Positions 12,471-25,850 of a stretch of DNA of 64,000 bases are shown piece by piece. The stretch spans positions 41,418,001 to 41,482,000 of the forward strand of contig NC_045696.1 in NCBI RefSeq assembly GCF_009834535.1. The letters are read 5' to 3'. The notes beneath the pieces were generated by a model. The model was given only the letters and a program-made list of their open reading frames with translations. It made no database searches and was not told the origin of the DNA. Made by a program: the position numbers and the translations under genes. The stretch is from Camelus ferus. Taxonomy: Eukaryota. Positions within the stretch are counted from its first letter, which is position 1; every line of letters begins with the position of its first letter.

Positions 12471-14989
12471 AACTGACAAAATATAACAACTGATCAGACT
12501 GGATGAAACCAATGAGGTAGACAAATAGGAAACAGAAATGACATCTTTTCTGGCATGTTTAAAATTTAGAAAAGTTTAAAAAAAAAGTCATTTGTTACTT
12601 TTCCTTTAGAGTAAGCTATTGCTGCAGAAGATTATTTAGTAATTAGCTGAAAGTATGGTTAAAATAAATCACATTTAGCTTTAGGGTGCAGAGTAGAATA
12701 ACAACTGTCCCAAGAGAGGGGCATTCTGGGATGTCAGCCTGCCCTCGGTGTAGTTTGAGATCCCATCTCTCTCAGACAGAACAGACAGGTTGTTTGTAGA
12801 GAGTATGGGCAAAAAAATTTCACCTGTTTGATAACTTAGTCACTCTTAATATATTGGTCTGAAGATTATTTAATAATTAGACACATTAAAAACAGCATAG
12901 AAAATTTCTTAAAGAACACTGGTATAATTATGTTGTCTTAGGAAAAAGAAATAATGGTACTGAGAAAGTCAAAAATGTTTACATTTGAATGTAGATAAAA
13001 GTCCTTAACCATTGGAAGTTACCTCTTTATTTTGTTAAATTGCAATGAAACAAAACTTTTGTGAACAAGATAACAAAATTGAACCCAAAAGCAATATGCT
13101 CCCACTTCTAATGAATGAGTCGAGAGGAGAAGTCACTTTAGGAGTGAGCCCTGCTGCTGCCTTGGAGGAGAAGGGCCAGTGAGGAAGAAGGGGTCCCTCA
13201 CTTCCAAGGACAGGGTGAGAAAAGGATTCTAAAATGGTTGATCATTAGTCACAGTCATGACTTTCCCAGTGGCACAGTGCCTGTTTGGATGATGGTGTCA
13301 GATCTGACTCAATTTCTTGCCTTCTTTGACTTTTTTCTTTGCCCACAGTATCCTTCACAAGAAGAGTCTGCTTCCAAGACCTGAATGTTTTGCTTTCTTA
13401 GGTAGGTGTGTTTATCAAGAGTAGATAAAGGATCGGCAGGAAACGAGCTGTTTTCACTGCTAAAACAGCACTTCCTTGGCAACTATGATAAATGCTCTGG
13501 GAAGGTCAGGTCCATAGTGCCTTGAATCTGCATGAAAGCAAGAGACCACCTGGGGTCTTGTGAGTCCCCAAATGATGATACAGAATAGAAGACTCCAGAT
13601 CTAGCCTGGAATTTGGTCCGGGACAAGGGGCCAAGCAGGTCCTTTGTTACCTGTATCATCCAAATGATCCAGATATTGACTGGCCAAGGAACTGGCCAAC
13701 TGGATGGAAACTGCCTACCCAATTTTTTGTGTTGTTACATGCTTGGTTAATAAGGTCTTAGTAACTGATAAGTATCTGTAATTTTTCTTTGTAATCATTT
13801 TGAAAACAATGGTGCAAATGAGTCCAGCTTAAAGCCCCAATAGTATCCATTAATGAAACACATTAGAGTTAAAATACAATTAGAATCTTGAATGTTCTGG
13901 GAGAGCCCTAGTTTTCAAACATGCTGTCTGTGTTGTCAAAATATTTTCATATTTACTCTGCATTCTGGTTTGGGGTTAGAACTATTTGCTCACCCTCCAC
14001 ATATACCACATAAAAAGACATTCCCTATAGGAAGTATTTTTTTAAATAAACACTTGTGGAAATGCCATAAAAATTTTGCAGTATGATGGAGAAGGCCCTG
14101 TTCAAAGTCTTTCCAATTCTTCCAAGCAAAATAAATCCCTTTTTTGCTCCATACCCCAATACAGCTTTATTCATTCCTCAGTTTTAGCCTTTATTCCATT
14201 GTATTATCCTGCTTAGTTCATCTGTTTCTTTTGCTAGGACAGAAACTCAGGGACAGGAACCATTTTTCTTCTTTATATCTTTATTATGCCTATTATAACA
14301 TCAGGTGCTTATAAAATTATTTTTTTCTATAAGAGAAAAGAAATTTCACAAAGGCCTACCCTGGAGATATAATTAGGAGAAATCCATGGCATAAACTTCA
14401 GCATGAGGTCAAAGCTAAGGCCAAGGAGATGAGATTCTGGCCTGATCCAGGCTTGTCCCAGGAGGCCCATTTGTTCCTCAGGGGAATTCAGGGATGTAGG
14501 TCAGCTACAGGGTGGACCTTGGATCTAGTTCTCCTTAAGCTGTCTTGGGGACAGGTTGACTCTCCTAAATGGTGGCAGGACCAGTACAGACCCACCCTTG
14601 GCCTAAGGCCAGTCCTGAAATCACATCTGGGATGAATGACAAGGCCATCTATCAAGGCCTTAGGAAACATGGTCCTTCAGCTGCTCTAAGCTATCAAATG
14701 TTTTCTATGATTACTTTAAAAAAAATTTGTTCGCATATTTTCCCAGTCACTCTTTGCTCAGTATTTATGCCCAGTTTTTTGTGGTCCTAGGAAAGGTAAC
14801 TGATCCAAAAATACTCCTCTAGAATTCATTTCCACTTATCTACTTATCTTTTGCCTGTAGGCAAGACTACATTTCCAAAGCCGTATGCCAATAAAAGTTA
14901 TCTATGTATCTCATTCTATTTTTACTTGACTTAAATAGTCCTTTAAATTAAAATAAAAACGGCTGCAAATACACCCCCTTTATTAATTA

Positions 14990-15505
14990 CCTACTATTGC
15001 GTAATAAATTAACCCAAAAGCTCAGTGGCTTAAACAACAATAAACATTTATTATCTACACAGTTTCTGTGGATCAGGAAGAAACTTGAAACAGCCTGGCT
15101 AGGTAGTTACTACTCAGAATCTCTCATGAGGTTGCAGTGAAGATATGGGCTAGGGCTGCAGTCATCTGAAGGGGTGGAGGATGGCTCACTCACATGGCTA
15201 GTAAGTTTGAGCTGGCTACAGGCAGGATTTCTCAGTCCCTCACCACGTGGGCCTCCTCACAGGACTGCTTGAGTGTTCTCATGACGTGGCAACTGGCTTT
15301 CTCCAGGTTTAGAGATCCAGAGAAAGAGCAAGGTGTGAACTACAATGTCTTTTATGACCTAGCCTCAGAAGTCATACATGTTCCCTTCACTTCTTCTGTA
15401 CTCTAATGGATACACAGGCCAGCCGTGATTGCGTGTGGAGGAGACTCCACAAGGGGCAAATACAGGATGTGAGGACCACTGAGGGTCATCTTGGATTCTA
15501 TACTC
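14990..15505 (-). mobile_element. MLT1 (MaLR) solo LTR
   Basis: aacccaaaagctcagtggcttaaacaacaataaac...tttatgacctagcctcagaagtcataca...gggtcatcttgga resembles reverse MLT1F/G/H-type LTRs. Confidence 0.8.
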
Positions 15506-16687
15506 CTACATTTAAATTTTTTTGCACCATATCAGAATCAATTACATAAAATAAGCTGTGTCTTCACATCTTGGTTATGGAATTTGAGATTTTTCATGGA
15601 CCATTTTGAAGACCTTTCTGCATGTGTTATGAATATGGTGGTAATCCTTCCAGCCACACACTTGATGCATCCTAATTCTAACATCTGTCTAGACATGTGG
15701 TTCTTAACTTTCATTGGCTTTGAAACTTTTTAAAGAATCTCAATACCTAAAGGCCAATAGCCTCCCCTTTGCTCCCCAAAAGTACATACCCACAAATGCT
15801 CTACTTTACATACAATTTGAAGACTTTTATGGACTCCTGGGACTAAGAAAAGGAACTCTAACTTGCAGGCTACATACACAATGTTTTCAGCTGGCTGACA
15901 AATACAAATGTCATAGCTAATGTTCAACAATAGATTGATGCCCAATATTAGCTGAAGGGCAGGCTAGTTAACAGTCTACGTAAGTCAAAATAACAGACAA
16001 TTTTCATGTGAACTATCAAACTCACCCTTAGTTTCACAGTTATATTTTTTTGATTGAACCAGTAAAGTAAACTTCATATTTTATAGTGGGCTTTCTTGAG
16101 TCTGAGTTACACTTAACAGAAACTTTAGGCCAACATTAGGTATTAACTTTAGCATACGTATACACAAACAGAATGACTCTCACTAATGCCTCACAATGTC
16201 ACCCAAACCTTCTAGCCCCAGTTTTAAATATTACTCATCACTAAACAAGGTTAGTTAATGGTGAATGCTGCTTAGGCTCCAGCTAGTTATGGGGCAAGAT
16301 GGTTTCTGAATACAAAAGCAGACAGAAATTCATCACAAGAACTAAGGCTCTCACTGTCTCAGGCTAAACATTTTCTACAGACAAGTTTCATACACTGAAC
16401 AAATGAAAAGCACAGGCTCTCCAGATTTATAGAACTATAGGAAGTTAGCTGAGTTCCTTCTAACCACCTTCTTTGAATCAGTGCCCCAGTGCCTGGTACT
16501 GATTATATAAAAAAGGTCAGTATTCTTTCCCCACACACAGTTAGTCTCATCAGAATCATCAGTGATAGCTCTTTAACACGCATATTACCAGACCTACTAA
16601 ATTAGAGTGTGGTATGGTACGGTAAGGCAGAGGGAGTGAAAGTGGGGACGGGGGAGGTAGGACTCTGCACAGTCAGCAGATTCCCCA

Positions 16688-16881
16688 TCAGTGGTTTGCA
16701 AAACCTGGTCCTGGGACCACCAGCACCAGCGTCACCTGGGAACTTGTGAGAAATGCAAATTCTCTGGACCACCTCACCGCAGATCTACAGAATCAGAAAC
16801 TCTAGGGATGGGCACAACATTCTGAGTTTTAACAATCCTCCTAGATGATTCCACTGCTTCCTCAAGCTTGAGGACCACTGC
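16688..16881. mobile_element. MER5A-like hAT-Charlie element, possibly nested in an older MER5B-like element (~16545-16925)
   Basis: cagtggtt...tcacctgggaacttgtgagaaatgcaaattctc...gaatcagaaactct...gaggaccactg, with terminal inverted repeats cagtggt / accactg. Confidence 0.85.
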
Positions 16882-17228
16882 ATTCAGTGATTCCTCATGC
16901 CTCAAGATAGTGTGAGAATTACTATCGCCAGGTGTGTTAAACAGCTGTACCTCAATAAGAACAAATTTACATTTCTTTTCCTATTCCCATCCAGTCGTCT
17001 TCCACCATCAGGCCTTGTGCATGGATGCAGGATGCAAATACCATAAAGGAAGAAGGGTAGGCGGAGAGAGACTTTATTTAGATAAAAGCAGATAAATGAA
17101 GGGACATATTTCTCCCCTTTAAAGAAGCAAACACTCTCATGAAATAAGAAAATCCCCAGGAAGAGATAACCCTAAGAAGATCTTAACTCTGCTAATGCTT
17201 AGCTTTTAGTGCCATTTAAATGATTTGA

Positions 17229-19878
17229 AAAGAGAGAGCACAAATTAGCAAAATAAGAAAGGAAAATGGAGAAATTACAACAAACAAAATAGAAATACAG
17301 AATATCATACGAGAATATTATGAAAAACTATATGGAACCAAACTGGATAACCTAGAGGAGATGGACAAGTTTCTGGAAACATACTGTCCACCAAAACTGA
17401 ATCAAGAAGAATCTGAACGCTTGAACAATCCGATCACTAGAAAGGAAATAGAAATAGCAATTAAAAACCTCCCTACAAATAGAAGTCCAGGACCGGACGG
17501 CTTCACCGGGGAATTCTACCAAACATACAAAGAAGAACTCATACCAGTCCTTCTCAAACTCTTCCAGACAATTGAAAAGGAGGGAATACTCCCAAACTCA
17601 TTCTATGAAGCCACCATCACCCTGATACCAAAACCAGGCAAAGACACTACAAAAAAAGAGAATTATAGGCCAATATCACTGATGAACATAGACGCCAAAA
17701 TCCTCACCAAAATTTTAGCAAATAGAATCCAACAACACATAAAAAAGATGATACATCATGACCAAGTGGGGTTCATCCCAGGGACACAAGGCTGGTTCAA
17801 CGTACGCAAATCAATCAGTGTAATACATCACATCAACAAGAGAAAAGGACAAAAACCACATGATCATCTCAATCGATGCAGAAAAAGCATTTGATAAAAT
17901 TCAACACCCATTTATGATAAAAACTCTCGCCAAAGTGGGTATAGAGGGAACATATCTCAACATAATAAAAGCTATATATGACAAACCTATAGCCAGCATA
18001 GTACTCAACGGTGAAAAACTCAAAAGCTTCCCACTAAAATCTGGGACAAGACAAGGATGCCCACTATCACCACCCCTATTCAACATAGTCCTGGAAGTCC
18101 TAGCCACAGCAGTCAGGCAAGAGAAAGAAATAAAAGGGATCCAAATTGGAAAAGACGAGGTAAAAGTGTCATTATATGCTGATGACATGTTACTATATAT
18201 AGAAAACCCTAAATGGTCCACACAAAACCTACTAGAGCTGATTGAAGAATTCAGCAAGGTAGCAGGTTACAAAATTAACGTTCAAAAATCAGTTGCATTT
18301 CTTTACACTAACGATAAATCAACAGAAGAAGAAAGTAAAGAAACAATCCCCTTTAAAATAGCACCCAAAGTAATAAAATATCTGGGAATAAATCTAACCA
18401 AGGAGGTGAAAGAATTATACACAGAAAACTATAAACCATTGATGAAGGAAATTAAAGAAGACTTTAAAAAATGGAAAGATATTCCATGCTCTTGGATTGG
18501 AAGAATCAATATTGTTAAAATGGTCACACTGCCCAAGGCAATCTACAGATTTAATGCAATCCCTATCCAATTACCCAGGACATATTTCACAGAACTAGAA
18601 CAAATCATAATAAAATTCATATGGAACCATCAAAGACCTAGAATTGCCAAAGCATTACTGAAGAGAAAGAAAGAGGCTGGAGGAATAACTCTCCCAGACT
18701 TCAGACAATACTATAGAGCTACAGTCATCAAGACAGCATGGTATTGGTACCAAAACAGACATATAGACCAATGGAACAGAATAGAGAGCCCAGAAATGAA
18801 CCCACAAACTTTTGGTCAACTCATCTTTGACAAAGGAGGCAAGAATATACATTGGAATAAAGACAGTCTCTTCAGCAAATGGTGTTGGGAAAACTGGACA
18901 GCAGCATGTAAAACAATGAAGCTAGAACACTCCCTTACACCATATACAAAAATCAACTCAAAATGGATTAAAGACTTAAACATAAGACAAGATACAATAA
19001 ACCTCCTAGAGGAAAACATAGGCAAAACATTATCTGACATGCATTTCAAAAATTTTCTCCTAGAAGAAATGAAAGCAAGAATAAACAAATGGGACCTAAT
19101 GAAACTTACAAGTTTCTGCACAGCAAAGGAAACCAGAAATAAAACAAGAAGAAAACCTACGGAATGGGAGAAAATTTTTGCAAGTGAAACTGACAAAGGC
19201 TTGATCTCCAGAATATATAAGCAGCTCATATGATTCAATAAGAAAAAAATAAACAACCCAATCCAAAAATGGGCAGAAGACCTAAACAAGCAATTCTCCA
19301 AGGAAGACATACAAATGATCAAAAAGCACATGAAAAAATGCTCAATATCACTAATTATCAGAGAAATGCAAATCAAAACTACAATGAGGTATCACCTCAC
19401 ACCAGTCAGAATGGCCGTCATTCAAAAATCCACTAATGACAAATGCTGGAGAGGCTGTGGAGAAAGGGGAACCCTCCTACACTGCTGGTGGGAATGCAGT
19501 TTGGTGCAGCCACTATGGAAAACAGTGTGGAGATTCCTCAAAAGACTAGGAATAGACTTACCATATGACCCAGGAATCCCACTCCTGGGCTTGTATCCAG
19601 AAGGAAATCTACTTCAGGATGACACCTGCACCCCAATGTTCATAGCAGCACTATTTACAATAGCCAAAACATGGAAACAGCCTAAATGTCCATCAACAGG
19701 TGACTGGATAAAGAAGAGGTGGTATATTTATACAATGGAATACTACTCAGCCATAAAAACCGACAACATAATGCCATTTGCAGCAACATGGATGTTCCTG
19801 AAGAATGTCATTCTAAGTGAAGTAAGCCAGAAAGAGAAAGAAAAATACCATATGAGATCGCTCATATGTGGAATCTAA
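17229..19878 (+). pseudogene. L1 ORF2p fragment (RT and C-terminal CCHC), lacking EN; one frameshift (~17850) and one stop (19231-19233)
   Basis: ORFs 17361-17894, 17860-19233 and 19315-19878 contain [22 protein letters not shown] and [18 protein letters not shown]. Confidence 0.95.
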
Positions 19879-20199
19879 AAAACAAAAACAAAAACAAACA
19901 AACAAACAAAAACAAAGCGTAAATAAAGGACAGAAATAGACTCACAGACAGAGAATATAGACTTGTGGTTACCAGGGGGGTGGAGGGTGGGAAGGGATAG
20001 ACTGGGATTTCAAAATTGTAGAATAGACTACACTGTATAGCACAGGGAAATATACACAAAATGTTATGACAACTCACAGAGAAAAAAATGTGACAATGAG
20101 TGTGTATAAGTCCATGAATAACTGAAAAATTGTGCTGAACACTGGAATTTGACACAACATTGTAAAATGATTATAAATCAATAAAAAATGTTAAAAAAA
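17229..20199 (+). mobile_element. Young 5'-truncated LINE-1 (~3 kb) with target-site duplication
   Basis: Continuous ORF2 homology plus 3' UTR and A-rich tail. Perfect 12-bp TSD taaatgatttga at 17217-17228 and 20200-20211, at a TTT/AAA endonuclease-type site. Confidence 0.97.
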
Positions 20200-20878
20200 T
20201 AAATGATTTGATAACATAATTTACAGGGACTTTATTTAGTGTTAATATTTGTGGTCCCTTTGCAGCCTATGAACCTCTGGCCATGAAAAGGAGTGTTCAA
20301 GGCGGATGTTTCTGGGACACCACAAAAACCTCACAGATGACATGTGAGCCATGGGTTATGACGACTTTGGAAAACACTACAGTAAATACTTGTTGTCTTA
20401 ATTTTCTGACATAAGTAAAAACAGAAGCTTGGATTGAATGGCTGATTAAGAACAAGTGCTATATAATGCAATTCAGCTGGCAAATTTAGGGTCGCCTAAA
20501 ACTAAACGGTGTTCTTTGTAAACAGCTGAGAATGGCACCTGAACATATTTGAGAAAGCACTGACATGTTGGCGAAAAATTGTGGGAGAGGGATTTCTTGC
20601 CAAGAGTATGTGGAGAAGGAGTTTTGACTAACCTAGAACTATGACGTATTGTTACTTCTTTAAGTGATTCAAGGACATTTTTTATTAGTCTGGTGATACA
20701 ATTGTAATATCAATATTTTTAAGTTGAATTACTGTTCCCCAAACAGGTTAACAAAAACAATCACTTGCTCCAGTGAAAGGCTGTTTATAAAGAATTTTGC
20801 AACTAGGTTGTTCTGCATGAGAGCAAAACCCTAAACCACACTAATACCAGTATGTTGGTCAATCAAAACATCGATGGT

Positions 20879-20996
20879 GGGGGGAGGGTACAGCTCAGTG
20901 GCAGAGAATGTGCTTAGCATGCACGAGGTCCTAAATTCAATCCCCAGAACCTACTTTAAAAAAAAAAAAAACTAATTACTCTCCCTCCAAAAAAAA
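20879..20996 (+). mobile_element. Vic-1-type SINE
   Basis: ggggagggtacagctcagtggcagagaatgtgcttagcatgcacgaggtcctaaattcaatcccc plus A-tail and ctaattactctccc. Confidence 0.9.
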
Positions 20997-23900
20997 CTTG
21001 AGACCTGAAAAGAGTATGGACTAATTAATAACAATGTATCAATACTGGTTCCTTAATAGTGACAAATGTAATACACTAAGGTAAGATATTTTATAATAAG
21101 GAAAAGTGAATGTGAGTTATATGAAAAAAATCAGTGGTGCATGACACCAAATTTTATCCATTCTCAGATTTTCATCTTTTTCATATTTATTTGTTTTTGA
21201 TTTGTATTACAAGGAGAACCAGCACAATAGTGCAGCATGGCACATACATGTGTAAGCACACACACCTGGATCTGGAAGCCCAAATTTATATACCTGTATG
21301 TATATTTCTTCCCCTAGTCTTTATTACTGTGGGTCACGGTTGAACAAGCCAAGAGAACATATCAAGTTTCTATGGCATAGACAGTGGAAGGTCTTCCAGG
21401 CACAAAGATGGGAACGGGAAAAAGACATGAGAGCAGAAAACGGGAGGGCTGTCAGAGTGAGAGGAAAATTTGGAAGTCATCTGTTGAGGACTGCAAAGAA
21501 AAATAGAAAGAGAGAGCCAGAGAAACAGAGATCAAAGAGGGAGCCTGGTATGTGGAAATGGTATGAAATGCCTGCAGCTAGAATCCAGTTGCCAGTTAGA
21601 GGATCACATTTCATGAGGACAGTTGACACAGAAGCTCAGTTTCATGGCAATGTTGGCTACCAGTCAAATGAGGGGACACATGGCATTTGAACTTAAGGTC
21701 CACTGCGAGCCACTGGTAAAGGCCAAGTTCTCTGCAAGTTCTTTAAAATATCAAACACCAACCACTTCCACAGGACAAAAATCCAGGAACAAAGAGAAAA
21801 GTGACCTTACAAAAGAACACTGTAGTACCTGGCTTTTATCACACGTATGCTGTTGCCATACTTCAAGGGACAGAGCAACGTGCATCATGTTCAAAAGCAT
21901 CTACGAATGAACCGTGGTGTTAACATAGGATATAGTTCGTCCTACCTGACATGCACAGAGTTTATCAGATTAATGTAAGTTTGTGCATTTTGCAAGCTTG
22001 CTGATGCCAAGAAAAATGAGCAGGAAGTCACAATATTTTCAATTAAGTGGAGCATTTAGAATGACATTCCTGCCTTGAAAAAAATAAAAAGTGTGCATTG
22101 TCTTTTAAAGGGATGAGTCCTGCTGAATCCAAACAGATGAAGAGTCAGCTGTGAGGTGAGGACAAGGACCAAAGCGGCCAGCAGCAGAGGTGGGGGGTGG
22201 AAGCCAGGAGAATGTTCTGGGGGCTCTTACGGTGTTGGGAGAATGGGGAACGGGGAAAGGAGGGAATTTTAAAGGAAAGAGAGAGAGAAGGAGGCTGAAG
22301 GGAAAGAGGATTAGGAACAAAACGAAGGCAGGCAGAGAAAAAAGCAGTCTCCTGAGAGGACTGATCAGTCATCTGATCAGACCAACCTGACGCCCGAGAA
22401 CTGACCAGACAGACTGCAGCAGGCATCGGGGAGGAGGCAGATCACACAGAACTGCATCCCAAACATATATGAAGGACAAATTGACCAAGTGCTCCCAAAT
22501 CTTTCACGATAAAAGGTAAATCTTCTCTGACAAAGAGCTTCCAAACCCCTGTCGGGAGAGCTGGACAAGGGAACAGGAGCTGCTGATGGCAAGAATTGTG
22601 TTTAAAAAAACCCAGAGTGCCTGGTCCTCCTCCTCAGGCCCTGGGTCACTGTGAGGCTGACACATCACGGGCCCAGACACACAAGACTCTGATACCCAGC
22701 CACCGAGCGTTCTTTGAGCTCTGCCTCTTTTCAGGAAGTGTCCAGGAGACAAGAGCACCTAGATCTTTCTCTAGCTGTGATGGTAGGTAGAGTTTTCAAA
22801 ATTGTGGCTGGTCTTTCTCATCCCTTTTTACTTAGGTTTGGAAAATTACTGCCAAAAATCCATCAAAATCACCCTAATATTATTTATTAATGGAAACCAA
22901 AAATAGAATGGGTATTTTTTTATTATTCCCTTTTTGCAGGGAAGCAGATCTGATGTTCAGAGAGGTCAGGTCACTCTTGACTGGCTCACATTTACTCCTG
23001 TACTTTACCCACTAGCCCTGTTTTCCAATATTTAATCCTCCAATTTTCATGAAACTACAGTTTAGGGTAAACCTCAATGGCAGAACATGGCAAGCATCAC
23101 TTTCCTTCTAGTTCTGGTAATTAGAGAATTATTCTGTGACAACAGGATCATTGGGGTATTTGAAGAGGATGAGCCAGGAGAGGAAGGGTGGAGCCATTCT
23201 TCAGATCATCTGATCCCTTACTCCAAACTTACTGGCCAGAGACACTTTAACTCCATATGGGAAAGTGAAAGGAGATGGAAACTCTGTCCTGTATCCCCTG
23301 CCGGCGTATCTGTAACAGGATTGAATTCCAGAGTTCTCTGCCAGCATGACTTTGGCAGCCACCCCAACCCCTCCTTCAATGACAGAATCTGCTGCTCCCA
23401 GAAAGGAAAGCCTGTTAGGGCTTGCACGCCCACACACACACATGTGTGCACAGTGGACTCTCAGCAGGGCCCTTGGAAAACCAGAATGTTTACTTATCAG
23501 CCAACAATGGAAAAACCAAAGGATGGCATTGAACGAGAAAGGAAATCTGAAACTGCCCTTTCGTCTCTTGTTGGAAGCAATGTACCCCAGCTTCATCTTA
23601 GCAGGGGTCCATTCTCCACTCAGCGAGGAGAGACCTTTCATTTTGGAGACATGGTGGAATACACCTCAAAGACCTTTCAGATCATAACTCATCCTAGGTG
23701 CTCATAAATTATCCTTCACATAAAACAGAAAGAAGATGAGCTGGAGTGTATGGTTAACATGCACAATTAAAGATACCATTTCCAAAGGCAATTCACATAA
23801 TTCGGACCTTTTGAAAGGGGCAATTTATTGAATGTTTGTTTAACTCTTGTATTTTACATTGATGGGGATTATGAGGTGCTTTGTTTTTCTTCACATATGA

Positions 23901-25296
23901 CATGAATTTTTTTTTCTTCTTTATGTGCATCTATATCATTTTAAACTAGTGCATGGCACAGTGGGAGAGCTTAACTCCTGCAAATTTTGGTTGTTTCATA
24001 AGGATAAAGAATTTAAGACACCAACAGCTTCATCTAAAAGAAAATGGCCCTTGAGTGGCCAAGTTGTATTAGTCTTAAACAGAACTAATTTCAAATTCAT
24101 TGAAGGCAGGAAATATCTGCCTTATAATCCTAATATGATGATTTTTTAAGTTAACTGAATGACAGACTAAATCAATGTTAAGTCCAGTCCTGAAAAACAC
24201 AATTAGCCACAACTTCTCAGACCTAGCCTCTGAGATGTGTAAAAGCATACATTAGAATTTACGTCTAACACCAAAAACAAATGTTAATCTCAGTTTTAAA
24301 CATTTTCTTATGTAGCTGGAGAAGGAAGTCTCAAAATTTTTCCAAATAATTCAGGAACAAAGTAGCACAAAATAAAAATCACCTTTAAGTTGATATTAAA
24401 ACTCAAACAGCAAAATAATTCATTTGCAACTTTTAAATTTTACCCTGCACTCATCCAGAAAGATTTATCAAGCACTGCAAATTTTCAAAACCCATAGATC
24501 AGTAGTTCTTAGTTTGGGCCACATGAGGAATTTTTAAAACTCTCCCATCCCAGACCAATTAGATCATAACTGAGCAAGGAAGCAGAATAGGACTGAAATT
24601 TTTTTAAACTTTCAGTTATTCTAATGTGCAGGTTACAACTACTGAGATTAGATGTTATGGTACTTGCATGCAGAGCTAAATTTACTTTAAAAGAAAACAC
24701 TGAATTGCTATGTCTCAGATGAAGCCTGAATTAGATCCCAATTTTCTTTAAGATTAATTTCTAATCTGACTGGAAGGCACTTGGAGTGGGTGGATTTGGC
24801 CTGATTTTCTAGTGTATGGGTTTTAAATGTAGAGTCTCTGATTAGAGAAAAGTCATGAAAGTTTATGAAGTCATCACATCTTTTCATTCTTCTACAGAAT
24901 CCCACAGCGAGAGACATTAGCTGACTTATAGCTCGCTGTATTGAGAAGGCCTGAAAACTTCATTCTAGCTTTAAACTCTCAAATTTCTATCAAAATTACT
25001 AGGAATATAAGTCAGGGTTTTGTTAGATCAGGGAAACCTACAACACGCTATAAAGATCTCTCTGTGGAAGCTTCTTGGTGGGCAACCCAAGCTAAAATTC
25101 TGAGCAGCAGAGTATGTCCTGATTCAATCTTGCTGTTCACAGAGCTTTTATAAAGTAGCCTGAGACCTTGAAGTTTATCCTTCTTCTTATGTACCTTCCA
25201 GGCCTTTGGGACCATCCCAACACAAGAAGAAACTGTGGGCTAGAGAAAAAAATCCACAGAGTACTTCTAGTATTAAACATTCTACAAGGTTCATGT

Positions 25297-25672
25297 TAAG
25301 ACACATGCACCCCAATGTTCACAGCAGCACTATATACAATAGCCAAGACATGGAAACAACCTAAATGTCCATCGACAGATGACTGGATAAAGAAGTTGTA
25401 CCATATTTATACAATGGAACACTACTCAGCCATAAAAAAGAATAAAATAATGCCATCTGCAGGACATGGATGGACCTGGAGATCATCATTCTAAGTAAAG
25501 TAAGCCAGAAAGGAAAAAAAAAATCATATATCACTTATACGTGGAATTTTTTAAAAAGGACACAAATAAACTTATCTACAAAATAGAAACAGACTCATAG
25601 ACATAAAGAACAAACTTATGGTTACCAGGTGGGAACCAAGCAGGTGGGAAGGGATAGACTGGGAATTCAAAA
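25297..25672 (+). mobile_element. Young-type L1 3' fragment lacking its own 3' terminus
   Basis: Close match to 19620-20010 and 95-470 (gcaccccaatgttcacagcagcac...gggatagactgggaattcaaaa). Confidence 0.9.
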
Positions 25673-25850
25673 GTTTCACCTCTTGGGGAGTGATGGAAAT
25701 GTCAGCCTGTCTTGACTGTGGTGGTGGTTTCGTGGGTGTACACATCTATCAAAATTCATTGAGTTGTACATCTGAAATACATACAGTTTACTGCACAGGA
25801 ACTATACCACAACAAAGGTGTATAAATCAATCAATCAAGAAAAAAAAAGA
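25673..25850 (+). mobile_element. Ancient L1M 3' UTR end
   Basis: ggggagtgatggaaatgtc...tcttgactgtggtggtggtttc...tcaaaattcattgagttgtaca is typical of L1MB/MC/ME 3' termini. Confidence 0.7.

Noticed and set aside
17860..19233. 457-aa reverse transcriptase ORF as a novel or domesticated RT gene
   Set aside because: Ordinary L1 ORF2 fragment inside a 5'-truncated insertion with TSD; no promoter, frameshifted upstream and stopped downstream.
17901..20155. Minus-strand ORFs of 65-186 aa
   Set aside because: Antisense shadows of L1 ORF2 and 3' UTR, common to L1 copies.
21298..21910. 130-aa and 95-aa plus-strand ORFs
   Set aside because: Purine-rich low-complexity sequence and probable decayed LTR; no coding signature.
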